This document shows positions 60,825-63,676 of a stretch of DNA of 63,676 nucleotides, piece after piece. The notes below the pieces were generated by a model. That model was not told the origin of the DNA and made no database searches. It was given only the letters and a program-made list of their open reading frames with translations. Numbering within the stretch: the stretch's first letter is position 1; each line of letters opens with the position of its first letter. Source of the stretch: Lama glama (lineage: Eukaryota). A program made the translations under genes and the position numbers. Location: the NCBI GenBank assembly GCA_028534125.1, contig CM052817.1, forward strand, positions 7,008,001 through 7,071,676, read 5' to 3'.

Positions 60825-61060
60825 GGAGACAACACAATATAGTGGACAAAGACAGGGATTTCAATTCAGGCAAAACTTGGTCCAAATACTGACTCTGACA
60901 CTTACTAGCAGTGTAATTAAAACAAGGTATTTCCATTTATTTTCTAATTTTCAAAATGAGTAAACTAAGAGCCCACAAGCAAGGCTGTGAGGGTTAGAGA
61001 AGATGGCCCATTTCTAGCTTTATTTAATAACTTTAGAATGTATTTAATAAATAAAATGTT
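60825..61060 (+). mobile_element. MIR SINE
   Basis: 'tagtggacaaagacagggatttcaattcaggcaaaacttggtccaaatactgactctgacacttactagcagtgt'. Confidence 0.75.
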
Positions 61061-61329
61061 CCCTTCATGGAGCATGGAGTTGAAAGAAAAAGAAAGAAAC
61101 AAGCAAATAAACTAGCCTATAGATTTAAAAAAGTCAAATTTAGCCACTTTCTGATTAATTTGATTGTCCCTTTGAATTCATGTTCTGTATGGTTACAGTA
61201 CGCAACTAATAGAACAAAGAATTTACAGAGAAAATAATCAGGGATCAAGGGTCACTTGGCATTTGCCTTCTTGTTTTTAAAATTCCTGATGATCAGACAA
61301 GCATCTTCTATTCTTATTCATTCTGTGAC

Positions 61330-61720
61330 ACCACTTTGATTGTCCCAAACACCACCACAGCCTATAACTCAATTCTTGCTAATATTTTTTATCACCTAAA
61401 GTATACTCTTAGTGAAAAGGAAATGATTAGATGCAGAAATATTGGAAAAACAGAAAAAACTCTAAGGAATACAATTTTAAAGGAATTCACATTCAGAAAT
61501 CACCACTTTTGCATTATATAGCTGTACAGTTCTGTTTTCTATGTACCTGTATTTGTCACACATACACATATTACATCTTTACATTATATACATATTTTAG
61601 ACATGGCTAATCTCATGGAGAATATTTTTCACAGGTTTTTTTTTACATATCAATATCAATAATATTTTTCTGACTGTGTACATATTCTCCTATACTATAA
61701 TTTTAACCAGTACACAGCTT
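61330..61720 (-). mobile_element. Decayed L1ME 3' fragment
   Basis: 'aataatatttttctgactgtgtacatattctcc...taattttaaccag'. Confidence 0.4.
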
Positions 61721-62197
61721 TCCAAATGAAAATGAACAACACCCCTCCTGTGTACTCAGCACGGCCTGGATAGCTGTACCTGACCTTGGTAATTGGTCTC
61801 TCCCTCTGTGAACCCCTTCAATGACCTATTTTTGGTTACCCTGCTTTCTGTTAAAAACTTTCTATGTCCTCTGGCTTGTCCTCATGCTGACCCCACCTCT
61901 GCTATACAGCCTGTCGTCTGAGCAACTCTGCCTTTGATGTTCCCGGTCCCAGGAAAAGGGACAGAGGCCTGTCTCTCCCCCTACTGTCTCCGGTCTCCCA
62001 GGGAAAGGGCTAGGCAAGGGTACCTACCAAACACTTACAATTGTTTAATTCCACCGTGAATTTCACAGGAGATACACCCCCTTAGATACTAGAGACCTGC
62101 TTTACCTTCTGCCTTTGTGAATAACGCCAGTTTCAGCTTAGAAGACCCACATAAACCCTCTCCTCAGGACTACAGCCTGAATCGTAGCTGTTTATAC

Positions 62198-62414
62198 CGG
62201 TGGTTCTCAGTGGGGGCAAATTTTGCCCCTCGAAGGACACTTAGCAAAGTCTGGAGACATTTTGCTTGTATAATTGTGGGGGGAGCATTGCTACTGGCAT
62301 GTAGTAGATAGAGGCCAGGGCTGTTGGTAACCATCCAACAATGTACAGGATGGCCCCACCCCCATGACAAAAAATTATCCAGCCCAAGGTAGTGCCACGG
62401 CTGAGGAATTCTGC
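62198..62414 (+). mobile_element. MER20 hAT-Charlie DNA transposon
   Basis: 'gtggttctcagtgggggcaaattttgcccc...gtctggagacatttt...gctactggcatgtagtagatagaggccaggg...aattatccagccca...gctgaggaattctg'. Confidence 0.92.
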
Positions 62415-62654
62415 TCCATAAACCAAGCAAGTCTATCTTTATTTTATTGTTCCTCTGCTTCATTTTCAATAAATAATAGAAGAAATAGAGAACTAAGTAC
62501 ATTTATTTTAATATAATTAACTTTTTCAGGAAATCACTTGTGACTAATTAGATAAATTCTAACCTACCAGACTATCTAGATGGTAAAACAATCCTTTCTC
62601 CTGAGGACTGGCCTCTTGGTTGGTGAGCAGAGGAGCATCTTGAGGTAGATGTAT

Positions 62655-63400
62655 TGATAACATATGTTGTATTGAGCAATTGCCTCTGTACTCACTGTTC
62701 TAAGTCTATTATCTCATTTAATTCTTAAAACAACCTTGTTTCAGTTACTACTGCTATGCACACTAAAAACTTGGAGGCCTTAACACAGCCATCTCATTTG
62801 ATTCACCATGTTGTGATTTGTAATGAGGGATGGACTTCGTGTAGGAAAGGCTCGCCTCTGAGGTCACTCAGCTGTCGGCCGTGGTTATGGTCATATGAAA
62901 ACTGAAACGGGCTGGACATTCAGGGTGGCTCACTTGCGTGGCTCACAGTTAACACAGGCTGTCAAACTGGAAGTACAGTTAAGAAGTTTAACAGAAAACA
63001 TACATGATGCTTCTCCGGGATGTTGGCTTCAGCATAGCTGGACTTCTTCCATGGTAGCCTGTTCCCCTAGAGCAAGTCCCCAAGAGGAACAGGAGGAAGC
63101 TTCATGTTCTTTTGACCTGGCCTCAGAAGTCATGTAGCATCACTTCTGTTCTGTTACGTTGGTTATAAACACCAACCTTGGCTCAGATTCCACGATGGTG
63201 GATATGGAACCTGCTTTTCAATGGAATGAGTGTCAAAGGACTTGTAGATTTATTTTAAAAGCACTGCAGGAGTATCGCTACCCTTTTACAAATGGAGAAC
63301 TTGAAAACCAGAATAAGACACGGAGGCTTAAATCTAGCCCCTCCAGCCCATCTGAGATGCAGGCTCAGCACAGCCATTTCAGCCTCAGTAGCAGTTAAGC
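62655..63400 (-). mobile_element. MIR (about 62655-62735 and 63270-63400), split by MLT1F
   Basis: 'tattatctcatttaattcttaaaacaacc' resumes as 'cccttttacaaatggagaacttga...ggcttaaatctagccc'. Confidence 0.7.
62736..63266 (-). mobile_element. MaLR LTR, MLT1F-like
   Basis: 'tcagttactactgctatgc...ggctggacattcagggtggctcactt...ttttgacctggcctcagaagtcatgtagcatcacttctg...tgtcaaagga...ttttaaaagcac'. Confidence 0.85.
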
Positions 63401-63676
63401 AGTTAGGATCCTTGAGGACCTGCACCCCACACCCTCTGAGACCCACTGACCCCACTGTGTTGGGTCTTGACCCACAGACTTTGTCTGGAGCATCTGATGA
63501 GTACCCTTGTGCCCTAATGGAAGAGGAGCTTGACTCTGAACTTCAACTTCTTTACCAGAGATTCTGAAAGTTAAAAATAACTTGCTAGTTTACCACCCTT
63601 GTCTGGTCCTATCTCTCCCTCTACAGAAAGCCACTGACTGGGAGTGTGCTGCAATCTGCACGAAAACAGTGAAATC

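Noticed and set aside
1..63676. CRISPR array, operon-like or other novel multi-gene system
   Set aside because: Eukaryotic repeat-rich DNA with no regularly spaced repeat-spacer array and no credible coding sequence

Overview
Mammalian, AT-rich, CpG-poor, repeat-dense non-coding DNA: a gene desert or a very large intron. A vic-1-like tRNA-derived SINE (25820-25927) and short young L1 3' ends of camelid type point to a camelid genome (alpaca, llama or camel). A 500-N scaffold gap lies at 24665-25164. I can support no protein-coding gene, RNA gene or CRISPR array. The supplied ORFs are chance frames or decayed LINE/LTR sequence. Much of the window is old eutherian interspersed repeat (MIR, L2, L1M, MaLR MLT1 LTRs and internal pieces, ERVL MLT2/LTR16/LTR33, an ERV1-type LTR, and hAT elements MER53/MER58/MER5/MER20), often nested. 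Repeat families were recognised by eye from remembered consensus sequences, so subfamily names and most boundaries are approximate. I found no convincing new biological system. The best leads are a compact promoter/first-exon-like motif cluster (~49.25-49.44 kb), a CpG-rich MLT1 LTR (~51.9-52.4 kb), an MLT2 LTR joined to MaLR internal sequence (~16.3-16.7 kb), two template-switch-like hairpins, an orphan internal L1 ORF2 fragment and several repeat-free enhancer-like blocks.
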